Below are positions 8,864 through 19,634 of a stretch of DNA of 64,000 nucleotides, piece by piece. Each line of letters begins with the position of its first letter. The first letter of the stretch is position 1. The DNA is taken from positions 79 to 64,078 of the forward strand of contig CAYRMI010000005.1 of assembly GCA_964425625.1 (NCBI GenBank), written 5' to 3'. This DNA is from an uncultured Candidatus Saccharibacteria bacterium. Lineage in GTDB: Bacteria; Patescibacteriota; Minisyncoccia; Phycocordibacterales; UBA918. The notes below the pieces were generated by a model. That model did not search any database, was not told where the DNA came from, and saw only the letters and a program-made list of their open reading frames with translations. The translations under genes were made by a program, and so were the position numbers.

Positions 8864-9247
8864 ATGGACAAGTTTAAACTGTACCTACTTAAATTCTTTC
8901 AGGTTATGTCTGGCGCATTTAGTGGTTATGCTCTGTACTGGTTCGGTTTTTTTGCGTTCGCATGGTTTGGTCTCATAAATGACGATGGTTGGGGTTTAAT
9001 CTCATCATTGTTGATAGCCTTAGGATCAATCCCGGTTATTGTTATTATTGAATGCTTCATTTGGTTACAACTGAGAAAAAAGCTTGAGACGAGACGAAAC
9101 TATCATTTATATATACTTGGAGTAGTTATAGCCGTCGTCCTAATAATCTTTGACGTGAGGGAAGTCATGGTCCCACTTAGTGAAATGCTATTTTTACCTA
9201 TAGTACTTTTTTTTGACGAAATTTTTTCTCTCCTCTTTCAACTCTAA
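8864..9247 (+). CDS. Hypothetical membrane protein
   Basis: Hydrophobic ORF directly after rsmI. Confidence 0.6.
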   Translation: MDKFKLYLLKFFQVMSGAFSGYALYWFGFFAFAWFGLINDDGWGLISSLLIALGSIPVIVIIECFIWLQLRKKLETRRNYHLYILGVVIAVVLIIFDVREVMVPLSEMLFLPIVLFFDEIFSLLFQL

Positions 9248-9368
9248 CAAAAGTTTTGCGGAGGGGTACCCTTTGCAGAAGTGGCGTCAATTGGGTTCTG
9301 TGGGGGGGCAGATTTATCCACTATTTTTATTTGGCGGGGAGGTAGGGTATACTGCAACCACTTCTGTT

Positions 9369-9611
9369 ATGACCAAAGAAACTCTTGTATTTGTGACTGG
9401 AATGTTGCTTACCCTAATACCTTTTTTGGGTATTCCTGAAGCTTGGCGCCAGTATGCTGTGGCTGGACTGGGCTTCGTTCTTATTTTGATTGGTTATGCT
9501 TTGCGGCGAGCCGTCTATTTGGCCAAAATAGACAAAGGCAACGGCGAACGAGGCACGGATTCATTTGTGGAGACTACTGAGCCTCTTTTTAAGGATTCTG
9601 AGCTACAATAG
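9369..9611 (+). CDS. Small two-TM hypothetical protein (start reassigned to ATG 9369)
   Basis: MTKETLVFVTG...IPFLGIP; upstream part of track ORF looks non-coding. Confidence 0.65.
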   Translation: MTKETLVFVTGMLLTLIPFLGIPEAWRQYAVAGLGFVLILIGYALRRAVYLAKIDKGNGERGTDSFVETTEPLFKDSELQ

Positions 9612-9619
9612 CTCTATCT

Positions 9620-10960
9620 ATGTATAAATATGTCGGTTTCACCTTTGTTGGTATCGCCCTAATGGCGGGGGTGGCTAGTTATGCCTCTATTCCAAAAAGC
9701 GAACTAGTTTATGTACGCCCAACCAATTTAACCGTGGCTACAAATACTGAGTCAACCAAGATAAATCAAGCACCACCTGTGGTGGTGGATGATCGCCCGG
9801 TTATCACTCATGTGCCGCTTCCGCCTCAAGTGAAGGCAATCTACATGACTTCCTGTGTGGCTGGAACCAAAGATTTTCGTAACCGGTTAATCAAATTGAT
9901 CGAGGAAACCGAGATAAATAGTGTCGTGATTGACATCAAAGATTACTCCGGCACAATTTCTTTCCCGCCCGTCTCCGATCATTGGCAACCAGCTTGGCAA
10001 AACGCTCGATGTGGGGCTCATGACATGCAGGATTTGGTCGCCCTATTACATCAGAAAGAGGTGTTTGTGATTGGTCGTATTACCGTCTTCCAAGATCCCT
10101 TTTATGCGGAGAAGCATCCAGAGTTAGCAGTTTTGAAAGCTTCCAATGGAGCGGTCTGGCACGATGGAAAAGGTTTGTCATTTATTGATGTAGGAGCTAA
10201 GCCGTATTGGGACCATATTTTAGAGCTAGCAGTTAACGCCTATAATATTGGTTTTGATGAGGTTAATTTTGACTACGTACGCTACCCCAGTGATGGCAAT
10301 ATGAGCGACATCGCTTTTCCAAATAGCTTGGCTTCAGAGTACGGGGCTGATAAACAAGCCAATCTAGAAGCTTTCTTTAAGTATTTGACCGAAAGACTAG
10401 CGGACGAGAGTCTTTACATCTCAGTACGCCACGAAAACACCGGTCGAGCCTCTACTACTCCTTGGACTTCAGCCGATCTCTTTGGTATGACCACCACCAA
10501 TTTTGATGACTTATCTATCGGACAAGTACAAGATAGGACCGCTCCGTACTTTGATTTTGTGGCACCGATGGTCTATCCCTCGCATTACCCAAAGTCTTTT
10601 CTTGGTTTAGGTAATCCCAATGACTACCCATATAAGGTAGTAAATTATGCGATGCAGGCGGGGGTAAATCGCATGCTGGCCTCGACCACTCCGATGCAGG
10701 GTTTCTTACATGAACGGATAGGTATTTCCACTCCAGCCATCTATAGCAAACCAGTCTATACGGCTGATAAGTTTCGTACTTGGATTCAAGACTTTGATTA
10801 TGGTGGAGACTATGACGCGGCTGATGTGCGGGCCCAGATCCAAGCCAGCTATGACGCGGGGGTAATATCTTGGATGCTTTGGGCGCCGAGCAATATTTAC
10901 ACCAAGGAAGCTTTGTTGGCGCCGGGTATTTACGAAGTAGCCACCTCGACCCCAAGGTAA
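9620..10960 (+). CDS. Putative glycoside hydrolase (DUF4015-like), exported
   Basis: VKAIYMT, VIDIKD, GFDEVNFDYVRYP, PMVYPSHY, WIQDF motifs. Confidence 0.8.
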   Translation: MYKYVGFTFVGIALMAGVASYASIPKSELVYVRPTNLTVATNTESTKINQAPPVVVDDRPVITHVPLPPQVKAIYMTSCVAGTKDFRNRLIKLIEETEINSVVIDIKDYSGTISFPPVSDHWQPAWQNARCGAHDMQDLVALLHQKEVFVIGRITVFQDPFYAEKHPELAVLKASNGAVWHDGKGLSFIDVGAKPYWDHILELAVNAYNIGFDEVNFDYVRYPSDGNMSDIAFPNSLASEYGADKQANLEAFFKYLTERLADESLYISVRHENTGRASTTPWTSADLFGMTTTNFDDLSIGQVQDRTAPYFDFVAPMVYPSHYPKSFLGLGNPNDYPYKVVNYAMQAGVNRMLASTTPMQGFLHERIGISTPAIYSKPVYTADKFRTWIQDFDYGGDYDAADVRAQIQASYDAGVISWMLWAPSNIYTKEALLAPGIYEVATSTPR

Positions 10961-11015
10961 CTTGGGTTGTGGCTAAGCTAGACTTTAGCCTAAGGTCATA
11001 CGGTATGATACTAGA

Positions 11016-12512
11016 ATGATGGAAGACGATTTTAAAGAGCGTCGGTTTTATGCTGTTAGCTATGAAGAAGATATTCCCAGACTTGGAAATGGGATGCTAA
11101 TTCCGTACAAAAAAAAGGAGTTAGTAAAAAGGCCGACTTACACCCAAGCACTAATAAAATATGTCGCCCCGGCGGTGGTTTCGGTCACGGCTATATTGTT
11201 TGCCGTCACTCTGGGCACAATTGGAGTAGAGACTTATGCCAAGTACAATGTCGCCTCACTACCAACGGTGTCGGTAATAAATCCACTCACCAATGAAGTG
11301 AAACCCCTCAACTATGGTGTGCAGGTAGCCATGAGTCAACCAAGCTTTTTTGCTGAGACTAGGGATGCCTTTATAGATGAAGCGATTACTTTTATTGAGG
11401 CCGACCTGACAGCTATGACGCTCCGATATTTTGAAGAAGGAGTATTAGTAGAGAGTATACCGATTATAAGTAAAGGTAAGGAAGGCTCTTGGTGGGAAAC
11501 ACCGGCTGGTTTGTACAAAATTGAATTCAAAAAAGAAAATCACTTTTCGTCTTTTGGTCAAGTTTATCAACCATGGAGTATGGCTTTTCAGGGTAATTTC
11601 TTTATCCATGGTTGGCCCGAGTATCCCGATGGCAAACCGGTGCCAACTGGTTTTTCCGGCGGTTGTATCCGCCTTGATAACGAGAGTGCCGAGCGTATTT
11701 ATAATTTAGTCAAAGTCGGTATACCCGTCTTGGTACACGAACTGGAGGAGAAGGAAGAAACTTTTTTGTATGAACCAAAAATTCCTGAACTTGAAACACC
11801 GCATTATCTGATTGCCGATGTCGAGAGTAGTACAGTTTTGGCCGCGAGTGATTTGGATGACGTGGCACCGATTGCTTCCATCACTAAGCTCATGACCGCA
11901 TTGGTGGCGGCTGAGTATATAAATCTTGATAATAACGTGTCAGTTACACAACCGACCTTTGTTGAGTCGCTGGTCCCGCGACTTGGTGACCGTACCAAAG
12001 TATCGATGTATAGCCTACTCCAACTACTTTTGGTTGAATCTTCCAATGAGGCTTCAGAAGTGATTGCCGCCCAGCTAGGCCGAGAAAAGTTCATCGCGCT
12101 CATGAACGAAAAAGCCAAAGCAATTGGTCTTTCAAAGACGGTCTTTGCTGACCCTTCTGGCTTATCGGCCGAAAATATTTCTACCGTTAGTGACTTACTT
12201 CGTCTCACCCAATATATCTTCACTAACCGGCGGTTTATCTTTGACCTGACGGCCAACCAAAATTTAAAGACCGCTTACGTCAGTGGGGAATTTGGCGAGT
12301 TACTCAATTTTAATAAAGTCGAATCACTCGACAACTTTATTGGTGGAAAGGTGGGAGAAACAATCGCTGCCGGACAAACCTCAGTGACTCTACACCGACT
12401 GCCGGTCAAAGGAGAGAACCGTACTCTGGCCATTGTTATCCTAGGCTCAGTCAATCGCAACGACGATGTAAATGAACTTTATCAGTATGCGGTAGAAAGA
12501 TTTTCTCGATAG
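11016..12512 (+). CDS. L,D-transpeptidase (YkuD) fused to D-Ala-D-Ala carboxypeptidase (S11)
   Basis: ETPAG, IHGW...SGGCIRL; ASITK (SxxK), SSN (SxN), KVG in KTG position. Confidence 0.85.
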   Translation: MMEDDFKERRFYAVSYEEDIPRLGNGMLIPYKKKELVKRPTYTQALIKYVAPAVVSVTAILFAVTLGTIGVETYAKYNVASLPTVSVINPLTNEVKPLNYGVQVAMSQPSFFAETRDAFIDEAITFIEADLTAMTLRYFEEGVLVESIPIISKGKEGSWWETPAGLYKIEFKKENHFSSFGQVYQPWSMAFQGNFFIHGWPEYPDGKPVPTGFSGGCIRLDNESAERIYNLVKVGIPVLVHELEEKEETFLYEPKIPELETPHYLIADVESSTVLAASDLDDVAPIASITKLMTALVAAEYINLDNNVSVTQPTFVESLVPRLGDRTKVSMYSLLQLLLVESSNEASEVIAAQLGREKFIALMNEKAKAIGLSKTVFADPSGLSAENISTVSDLLRLTQYIFTNRRFIFDLTANQNLKTAYVSGEFGELLNFNKVESLDNFIGGKVGETIAAGQTSVTLHRLPVKGENRTLAIVILGSVNRNDDVNELYQYAVERFSR

Positions 12513-12521
12513 TTATAAACA

Positions 12522-12602
12522 AAAACCCTAAAAAGGCCTCGGGCTAGCCCGAGGCCTTTTTAGGGTTTTCTTAAGCCCCAGTGCCATCAGGCACTGGGGC
12601 TT
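12522..12602. terminator. Two tandem hairpins (48-bp perfect palindrome plus 13-bp stem)
   Basis: AAAACCCTAAAAAGGCCTCGGGCTAGCCCGAGGCCTTTTTAGGGTTTT; AAGCCCCAGTGCC-ATCA-GGCACTGGGGCTT. Confidence 0.75.
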
Positions 12603-12630
12603 TTGTTTGCTATACTATAGGGACTAATTT

Positions 12631-14832
12631 ATGAGCTTTGATCCTGAGAAAATTACTTTCTTTGCCAAGACCGATGCGCGGGGTGGGCAAGTGCCTTTTG
12701 GTATCAAAGCCCGTGATCGACAACGTCATATGTATGTGGTGGGTAAGACGGGTATGGGTAAGTCGACGCTCTTGGAAAATATGGCAGCGCAGGATATTCA
12801 AAACGGTGAAGGGATGGCTTTTATCGATCCCCATGGTTCGGCGGCCGAGACTTTGCTTGACTACGTACCAGAGCATCGAGTAAATGACGTTATTTATTTT
12901 GCGCCATTTGATTTAGCTAATCCAATTTCTTTCAACGTGATGGAAGACGTCGGTCCCGATAAGCGTCACTTGGTGGTATCTGGCCTCATGTCAACCTTTA
13001 AAAAGATTTGGGTCGATGCCTGGAGTGCGCGTATGGAATACATCCTCACTAACGCACTTTTGGCTTTGATTGAATATCCTGATACCACTCTACTCTCAGT
13101 CAATCGACTCTTCTCGGATAAGGCCTACCGCAACCAAGTAGTAGCTTATATCAAAGACCCAGCCGTTAAGGCTTTTTGGACGGAGGAGTTTGCTAATTAC
13201 ACTGATCGCTTTGCCGCCGAAGCCTTGCCCGCTATCCAAAATAAGATTGGTCAGTTTACCGGCAACCCACTGATTCGTAATATCATCGGTCAACCGCATT
13301 CGAGTTTTGATATCCGTAAAATCATGGATGAGAAGAAGATTCTCATCATGAACTTGTCTAAAGGTTTGGTAGGGGAGACTAATGCCAACCTACTTGGTTC
13401 GATGCTCACTACGCGTATCTACCTAGCCGCCATGAGTCGAGCTGATTTGCCGGTGGAGCAAATGCGCACTATGCCGAACTTTTATTTCTACGTCGATGAA
13501 TTTCAGTCTTTTGCCAACGCTACCTTTGCCAACATCCTCTCAGAGGCACGAAAGTACCATCTCAACCTTATCATCGCGCACCAGTACATCGCGCAGATGG
13601 AAGAAGAGGTACGCGATGCGGTCTTTGGTAACGTTGGTACGACCGTCGCTTTTCGCGTTGGTCCATTTGATGCCGAGGTCCTCGAGACAGTCTTTACTCC
13701 GCGCTTTTTGGCGGCCGATTTGGTAAACCTCGGCTTCGCGCAGATTTATCTCACACTTATGATAGACGGTATTGGTTCCCAGCCTTTTTCGGCGGTTACC
13801 TTACCACCGGTAGAGCACCCACACGTGTCTTGCAAGGATATGGTAATAGCGGCCAGTCGGCGTAATTACACTAAGTCACGCGAGGTAGTGGAAGATTTGG
13901 TGATGAAGCTCCATACTCCAGTGGTAGAAGAAAAGCCCCCAGCCAAGAAAAAACCAGAAGTTCAAAATAATGCAAGACCAATAGAACAGCGACCAGCTGA
14001 AAAAAGAAGTGATATGTCCCAACGGTCAGAGCGCTTCACCCCAGTGCCAACTAGTATCGTACCGCCATCCAGTAAGTCACCGATACCAACCGCTTATACT
14101 GGAAACGAACGCCGGTCTGAAGAAGGTCAAACCAACCCTCGGGCTAACTTCCTTATGACCGAGCGTCGCACCGAGAGAGCTGGAGATAAACCATCTGCTG
14201 TACCAGCAACCCAGCGTCAAAACGAAAGATTAGAAGTTACTCGCACAGATTTGCCTATATCAGAACGTCGTGCTGACCGACCAGAAAATCGTCACAAAGA
14301 TACGCCTAACGGAGAACATCGCTCTGACCGTCCGCGGTTTGATAAACCAAGGGAGGAAAAACGTCATAGCGATAGACCAGCTTTAGCTGACCTAAAAGCC
14401 GTACTAGCTTCTATCAGCGCCGGAGAAAATAAAAAGCCAACCGATAATAAGATAGAACAATCAGACATAAAACCAAAATCAGAAGGGGGAGAAAATAAAG
14501 CTCCAGTAGCTAAAGCCGAGCTAGCATCGGTTTTGGCTAAGGTAACGAGTGCTAACGGAAACACCATCCAACCCAATCATTCGGCGCTGGTGACCAAATT
14601 GGTGGTGCAAGAAAAGCGAAACAATACCTTGTCACAAAAACAAGAAACTTCAGAAATAAAGGCGGATACCGCAGTCGCCAAAGCTGAGCTCGCCCGGATG
14701 GTAGCTGAAACCGAAGAGGCTTTCAAAAATTTAGAAAATTCAGCGCCACCGGCTGACGATCCTTTGGCGCCTAAAAAAATTGAAAAAATGTTCCGCCAGC
14801 CGAGCAATGAACGCTCACCCTTTGCCACTTAA
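12631..14832 (+). CDS. VirD4/TraD-HerA-like P-loop ATPase with long low-complexity C-tail
   Basis: Walker A GKTGMGKS, IDPHG, Walker B YVDEFQ, SEARKY. Confidence 0.85.
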   Translation: MSFDPEKITFFAKTDARGGQVPFGIKARDRQRHMYVVGKTGMGKSTLLENMAAQDIQNGEGMAFIDPHGSAAETLLDYVPEHRVNDVIYFAPFDLANPISFNVMEDVGPDKRHLVVSGLMSTFKKIWVDAWSARMEYILTNALLALIEYPDTTLLSVNRLFSDKAYRNQVVAYIKDPAVKAFWTEEFANYTDRFAAEALPAIQNKIGQFTGNPLIRNIIGQPHSSFDIRKIMDEKKILIMNLSKGLVGETNANLLGSMLTTRIYLAAMSRADLPVEQMRTMPNFYFYVDEFQSFANATFANILSEARKYHLNLIIAHQYIAQMEEEVRDAVFGNVGTTVAFRVGPFDAEVLETVFTPRFLAADLVNLGFAQIYLTLMIDGIGSQPFSAVTLPPVEHPHVSCKDMVIAASRRNYTKSREVVEDLVMKLHTPVVEEKPPAKKKPEVQNNARPIEQRPAEKRSDMSQRSERFTPVPTSIVPPSSKSPIPTAYTGNERRSEEGQTNPRANFLMTERRTERAGDKPSAVPATQRQNERLEVTRTDLPISERRADRPENRHKDTPNGEHRSDRPRFDKPREEKRHSDRPALADLKAVLASISAGENKKPTDNKIEQSDIKPKSEGGENKAPVAKAELASVLAKVTSANGNTIQPNHSALVTKLVVQEKRNNTLSQKQETSEIKADTAVAKAELARMVAETEEAFKNLENSAPPADDPLAPKKIEKMFRQPSNERSPFAT

Positions 14833-14841
14833 GCTACCTCT

Positions 14842-16290
14842 ATGCGCCACTTCGCCCTCACTCTAGTAATCGGTTACCTTTTCCTTCCAAGTTTAGTATC
14901 GGCTTCAGTGACCATCAACGAAGTGGCTTGGATGGGAGACTTGGTTTCGGCCAATCATGAATGGATTGAGTTATACAACAGTGGTTACTCAGCCTTTAGT
15001 TTAAGTGGCTTTACACTGAGCGATGGGATGAATTTAGCTATCAATTTAGAAGGTGAAATCGGAGCCAATCAATACGCTGTTTTGGAGCGCACCAGTGATG
15101 AGTCAGCGTCTGGCTTAGCTTGGCTGATTTACACTGGGGCCTTAGTCAATACCGGAGCGACATTACAACTTCGTGACGCCCAGGGTCAAACCGTTGATCA
15201 GGTGGCCGGAGGAGAAAACTGGGAGGGTATTGGTGGCGACAACCTTACTAAAGAAACGGCCCAATACACCACTTCTGGTTGGGTGACAGATACGCCAACT
15301 CCCGGTAGTAAAAATAACAGTGGTCAAGCTGAAGCGGTGCCAGAAGCAGAAGAAAATGTTACTGCTACCAAAACCAAGAGCCCATCTGGTACATCGGGTG
15401 TGGTAACTAAAAGCAAAAGTAATTCTAGTGGCCAGACGGTGTTGCTACGTAATGCCGACAGTGAGCTATCGCTTAGTGTCTCTGGTCAGACCGTGGCTTA
15501 TGTCAATCAACCAATCTCCTTTACCGTCACCCCTTCCGGTATTGGCGATACTATAAGTGCTTCGCTCGTATATACCTGGAATTTTGGTGATACTTATACT
15601 GCTATCGGTACAAAAGCCAATCATCAGTACAACTATCCCGGTACTTATGTAGTGACAGTAGTGGGGAAGTACGCCAAACACAACCAAGTAGCCAGGCATG
15701 AAATAACCGTCTTACCGGTGACCGTTTCGCTAACTAGAAATGAGGCTGGTGATATACAGCTACACAACAACGCACCATACGATATTGACGTCTCTGGCTA
15801 CCGCTTAGCTGGTATTAAAACAGTAGAGTTGCCACCGCTCTCAATTATCTTACCTAAAGGAACAATTACTGTCGCCAGTAAGAGACTTGAAGATAAACCA
15901 AGAGGTAGTCTAGTGGCTCTATATGACAACACTCGCTCTCTGATTACTTCGCTTCCGTACACGATCGGCAGAGATAGAGAATTTATTCCCCGGGTCATGG
16001 CGGAAGCACCGGCACCGGTTACCAATCAACCACCTACCGGCGAAGTGTCGCTAGTTCCGACAACTCCAGTAGTGGCCGTTACGTCCTTGACCGAGAATTT
16101 CCAACTTGCGACAACCGTTGACCCGTTGGTTTTAGGTCAAATTAAACAAAGAGAGGAAGCCACCCCGGATAGTAATAAGTCCAAGAATTGGCGTTCTTAC
16201 GGGGCTTTTCTGGCTCTGCTACTATTTGCTGTTTTTGTGATAATGATTTTGCCTCGGGAGCCAAAAGCCCTGTCGTCACCAATTGTCTAA
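14842..16290 (+). CDS. Secreted lamin-tail + PKD domain surface protein, C-terminal TM anchor
   Basis: VTINEVAW...EWIELYN, TPG; YTWNFGD...HQYNYPGTYVV. Confidence 0.8.
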   Translation: MRHFALTLVIGYLFLPSLVSASVTINEVAWMGDLVSANHEWIELYNSGYSAFSLSGFTLSDGMNLAINLEGEIGANQYAVLERTSDESASGLAWLIYTGALVNTGATLQLRDAQGQTVDQVAGGENWEGIGGDNLTKETAQYTTSGWVTDTPTPGSKNNSGQAEAVPEAEENVTATKTKSPSGTSGVVTKSKSNSSGQTVLLRNADSELSLSVSGQTVAYVNQPISFTVTPSGIGDTISASLVYTWNFGDTYTAIGTKANHQYNYPGTYVVTVVGKYAKHNQVARHEITVLPVTVSLTRNEAGDIQLHNNAPYDIDVSGYRLAGIKTVELPPLSIILPKGTITVASKRLEDKPRGSLVALYDNTRSLITSLPYTIGRDREFIPRVMAEAPAPVTNQPPTGEVSLVPTTPVVAVTSLTENFQLATTVDPLVLGQIKQREEATPDSNKSKNWRSYGAFLALLLFAVFVIMILPREPKALSSPIV

Positions 16291-16308
16291 TCCTGTCGTT
16301 ATAACAAA

Positions 16309-17311
16309 AATGGATAAAAAGGAAATAGTGGTCGTCGGTGGTGGTACCGGTACCCATACCATTTTGCGCGGGCTAAAGCGTTACAGTGAAGAATTTAACC
16401 TCACAGCCATTGTCAGTATGGCAGATTCGGGGGGCTCAACGGGGCGGTTGCGTGACGAATTTGGACAGTTGCCCACTGGCGATGTTCGCAATGCTCTCAC
16501 TGCCTTGGCAGCCGAAGGTGAGACTTATAGCGATATCCTTCGACAGCTATTTCTCTATCGTTTCAGTCGTGGAGAGGGTCTGTATGGTCATAATTTTGGT
16601 AATTTATTTTTGACGGTATTGACGGATATTTTGGGTAGTGAAGTTTTGGCTATAGAAGCCGCTTCACGGATTTTGCGCATCGCGGGTCAGGTGATACCTG
16701 TGACCACCGACAACGTGCACCTGCGGGCGACTTATGCTGATGGTCAGGTGGTGGTAGGTGAGAATGATATCGATGAATGGGAAGACGAGTCAAGAAAAGC
16801 TGTGCGTATTACTGAATTATCGCTTATGCCAAGAGCTAGTCTAAATCCGGTGGCCAGGGAAGCGCTACTTAAAGCCGATCTTATTGTCTTGGGGCCTGGC
16901 GATCTCTATACTAGTATTTTAGCTAACTGTGTGGTTGATGGTTTTGCCGAAGCAGTACAATCTTCTAGGGCCACTTTGATTTATGTGTGCAACCTTATGT
17001 CTAGAGCTGGTCAGACTGTCGGAATGAATGCGCAGGAGCATCTAGATGAAATAATTCGCTACGTAGGTAAGGCACCAGTGGCTATGCTTCTAAATTCGGA
17101 TCCGCTACCGGTTGATTTGTTGGCTAAGTACAAAATGGCTGGGGATCATCAGGTTTTAAATAATTGCCAAATGGGACAAATAAAAATTGTTGAGTTACCT
17201 TTACTGACCGAGGAAACTATCGTGAGTGTGAGTGGTGACGCTCTCACGCGCAGTCTGATTCGCCATGACCCACATAAGCTAGCTAAAGCGATTAGAGATT
17301 TTGTGCGCTAG
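16309..17311 (+). CDS. yvcK: YvcK/UPF0052 (CofD-related) family protein
   Basis: GGGTG, DSGGSTGRLR, GHNFGNL, LGPGDLYTS, RHD. Confidence 0.88.
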
Positions 17312-17376
17312 AATTTTATTTCTATCCCACAGCTGATTCGTACATTTGCTATTTATCACGGTATACTATATGTGAT

Positions 17377-18726
17377 ATGGCTCGTCGAGATCTTTTACGT
17401 ACCGACGCTTCTGATTATGAACGCTCGGGTCTAGAATATGCGCTCAGAAAAGACCGCCAGCGCGAAGACAAAACCAAGTATGTCTCTGTAGAGGAGGCTC
17501 TTAATGATGATGCTGTCTACCAAGTTACTTCTAATCGAGAGGTTACTAGAGTTTTGTTTATTTCCCGTGACGAGTCTTTACTTAACCCCTCCCAACAGTC
17601 GCTTGATGGTTATACCAATTTAGCTGATTTGTTTGATGAGGTGCATATTTTGATTTTACGTAAGGGCATTCCCCCTAAGTCGCCAGTGATGCGAGTAGCC
17701 GAAAATGTTTGGATTTATACTGCCACAGATTATAATTGGTGGTGGACGCCAGTAGCCGGTTGGAAACTGGCAGTCAATCAACTAGTTTTTGCTGAAGGTT
17801 TTCGACCAGATTTAATCGTGGCGCGAGATCCTTTTGAATCGGCTCTTTTGGCGTGGTATTTAAGTTATAAGTATGGCAAACCTTACCAGGTTCACGTTCT
17901 TGAAAACTACTTAAACGAGGATTTTTTGCTGATAAAAAATAATCGTTGGCGTCGTTACCTAGCAAATTTTATTTTAAAAAGAAGCAAGAGTGTACGTACT
18001 AACACGCGAGCTATTTATGACTGCTTAGCCAAAAAATTCCCGATTTTAGATTTAGCGCTTCTGCCAAGGTTTAATAATTATGAGGCCCTAATCAAAACCG
18101 GGCAAACAATTGATTTAAAGCAAAAGTACAAGCCATTTGTTTTTACTATACTCTACGTTGGGCGACTAAATCACGACGCAGCTTTTACTACTGCTATTGA
18201 TAGCGTACGTTTTGGTCTGCGTAACCCACACTTGGGTTTGATAGTGATTGGTGATGGAAATGCGCAAAAAGAGTTTGCGCAAAGAGCTGAGATGCTCAAG
18301 ATACGTGAGCAGGTAGTCTTTGAAACAAAATTACCTGAAAGTGATATCGTACCTTACCTTAAATCGGCCAATGTACTGATTGTGCCTGATACCAACGCCG
18401 AAAGTGAAGAGATTGTACTCAAGGGCGCGGCGGCTGGTATTCCGCTTATTTTGGCGCGGACGCCAGCGCGTGAAGATATTTTTATTGATGGTGAATCGGC
18501 TCTTTTGTGTGAGCCGGGCTCAACTGATGACTTCAGTCTTAAGTTAAATATTTTACTTAACGACGTGATCTTGCGCCGACAGATGGTCGAGGCAGCTCAA
18601 GATATGATTAGGAATAAATTTCATGAAAATCGCGATGAGTATGAACAAGCCTATCGAGATAGTATTGAACAAGTGCTATTCTTAGCCGATCTTAGCCAAG
18701 AACCAGTTCCCGAAATAAAGACCTAA
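17377..18726 (+). CDS. GT4-like glycosyltransferase, divergent
   Basis: LYVGRL, IGDG, AAAGIP pattern of GT-B fold; catalytic E-x7-E degenerate. Confidence 0.7.
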   Translation: MARRDLLRTDASDYERSGLEYALRKDRQREDKTKYVSVEEALNDDAVYQVTSNREVTRVLFISRDESLLNPSQQSLDGYTNLADLFDEVHILILRKGIPPKSPVMRVAENVWIYTATDYNWWWTPVAGWKLAVNQLVFAEGFRPDLIVARDPFESALLAWYLSYKYGKPYQVHVLENYLNEDFLLIKNNRWRRYLANFILKRSKSVRTNTRAIYDCLAKKFPILDLALLPRFNNYEALIKTGQTIDLKQKYKPFVFTILYVGRLNHDAAFTTAIDSVRFGLRNPHLGLIVIGDGNAQKEFAQRAEMLKIREQVVFETKLPESDIVPYLKSANVLIVPDTNAESEEIVLKGAAAGIPLILARTPAREDIFIDGESALLCEPGSTDDFSLKLNILLNDVILRRQMVEAAQDMIRNKFHENRDEYEQAYRDSIEQVLFLADLSQEPVPEIKT

Positions 18727-18734
18727 TTTTTATT

Positions 18735-19595
18735 ATGCACGCCAGACGTACTCTCATCTCATTTATTGGCCTTGGCTCGCATACGGCAGCGCCCCTTTTG
18801 TATTCCTACATCGTTGAACACCCGAGTGTGTCCTTACCCAAAGCGCCAACCCATTTCTTCTCTAAGGCTAAGTCTTTTGCTTTGGGAGTAGGTTGGTATG
18901 AGGGTAATTTTGCTCATGACGAAGGAATGGTTTGTGGGGAATTGGCTTATGACTATCTGCCCAGCTCACAATCAGTTGGTTTGATTTCTCGTACTTACCC
19001 CAACGCTCATCTTTTGGCGGTCATCGAAAATCCTTTAGTTAGTATAAGGGTAGAGTATATAGAAGCTCTACGCCAAGGACGCATAAAACGATCTGTGACT
19101 CTGGCCGAATTCCTTAAGCAAAATCCAGAAGTGCTATTGCGGGCTCGCTACGGCCGGCAACTAGTTCATTATTTTAGCTATTATTCACCGAATGACTTTC
19201 TAGTATTTTTGGCTTCCGATATTCGTCACGATCCACTCAAGGCAGTGGCTTTAGCCTTTGCACACATCGGTGTAGACAAAACGTACATCCCAACTGCGCT
19301 TCGGCATTTGATTGTGGAAGAAGTAGATGAAAAAAAGCGTCCCGGCTTTATCAAGCGCGGTTTCACTTTTATTAAAGGTCTAATTAAAAAAGGTTATCTC
19401 AAACTTTATCTTTTCCTCAAGCCACCCAAAGCACTAGTTGCAACCGCCAATGAATTAGCTCTGCGCGTACCAATACCACCAGAGCTTGAGGTAAAACTCA
19501 AAGGGTACTTTCGACCCGATGTGGCTGAACTTTCGACCCTCCTGCATCGTAATTTGTTAATTGAATGGGGTTTTGTGGAAGAGACAAAAAAGTAA
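18735..19595 (+). CDS. Sulfotransferase-like protein, divergent
   Basis: FIGLG...HP, HFF, WY, GE..DY, NP, YGRQL..Y pattern. Confidence 0.7.
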   Translation: MHARRTLISFIGLGSHTAAPLLYSYIVEHPSVSLPKAPTHFFSKAKSFALGVGWYEGNFAHDEGMVCGELAYDYLPSSQSVGLISRTYPNAHLLAVIENPLVSIRVEYIEALRQGRIKRSVTLAEFLKQNPEVLLRARYGRQLVHYFSYYSPNDFLVFLASDIRHDPLKAVALAFAHIGVDKTYIPTALRHLIVEEVDEKKRPGFIKRGFTFIKGLIKKGYLKLYLFLKPPKALVATANELALRVPIPPELEVKLKGYFRPDVAELSTLLHRNLLIEWGFVEETKK

Positions 19596-19634
19596 CAAAA
19601 CTTTTTCTCCGGTAATTCGGTAATATAAAGTAGT

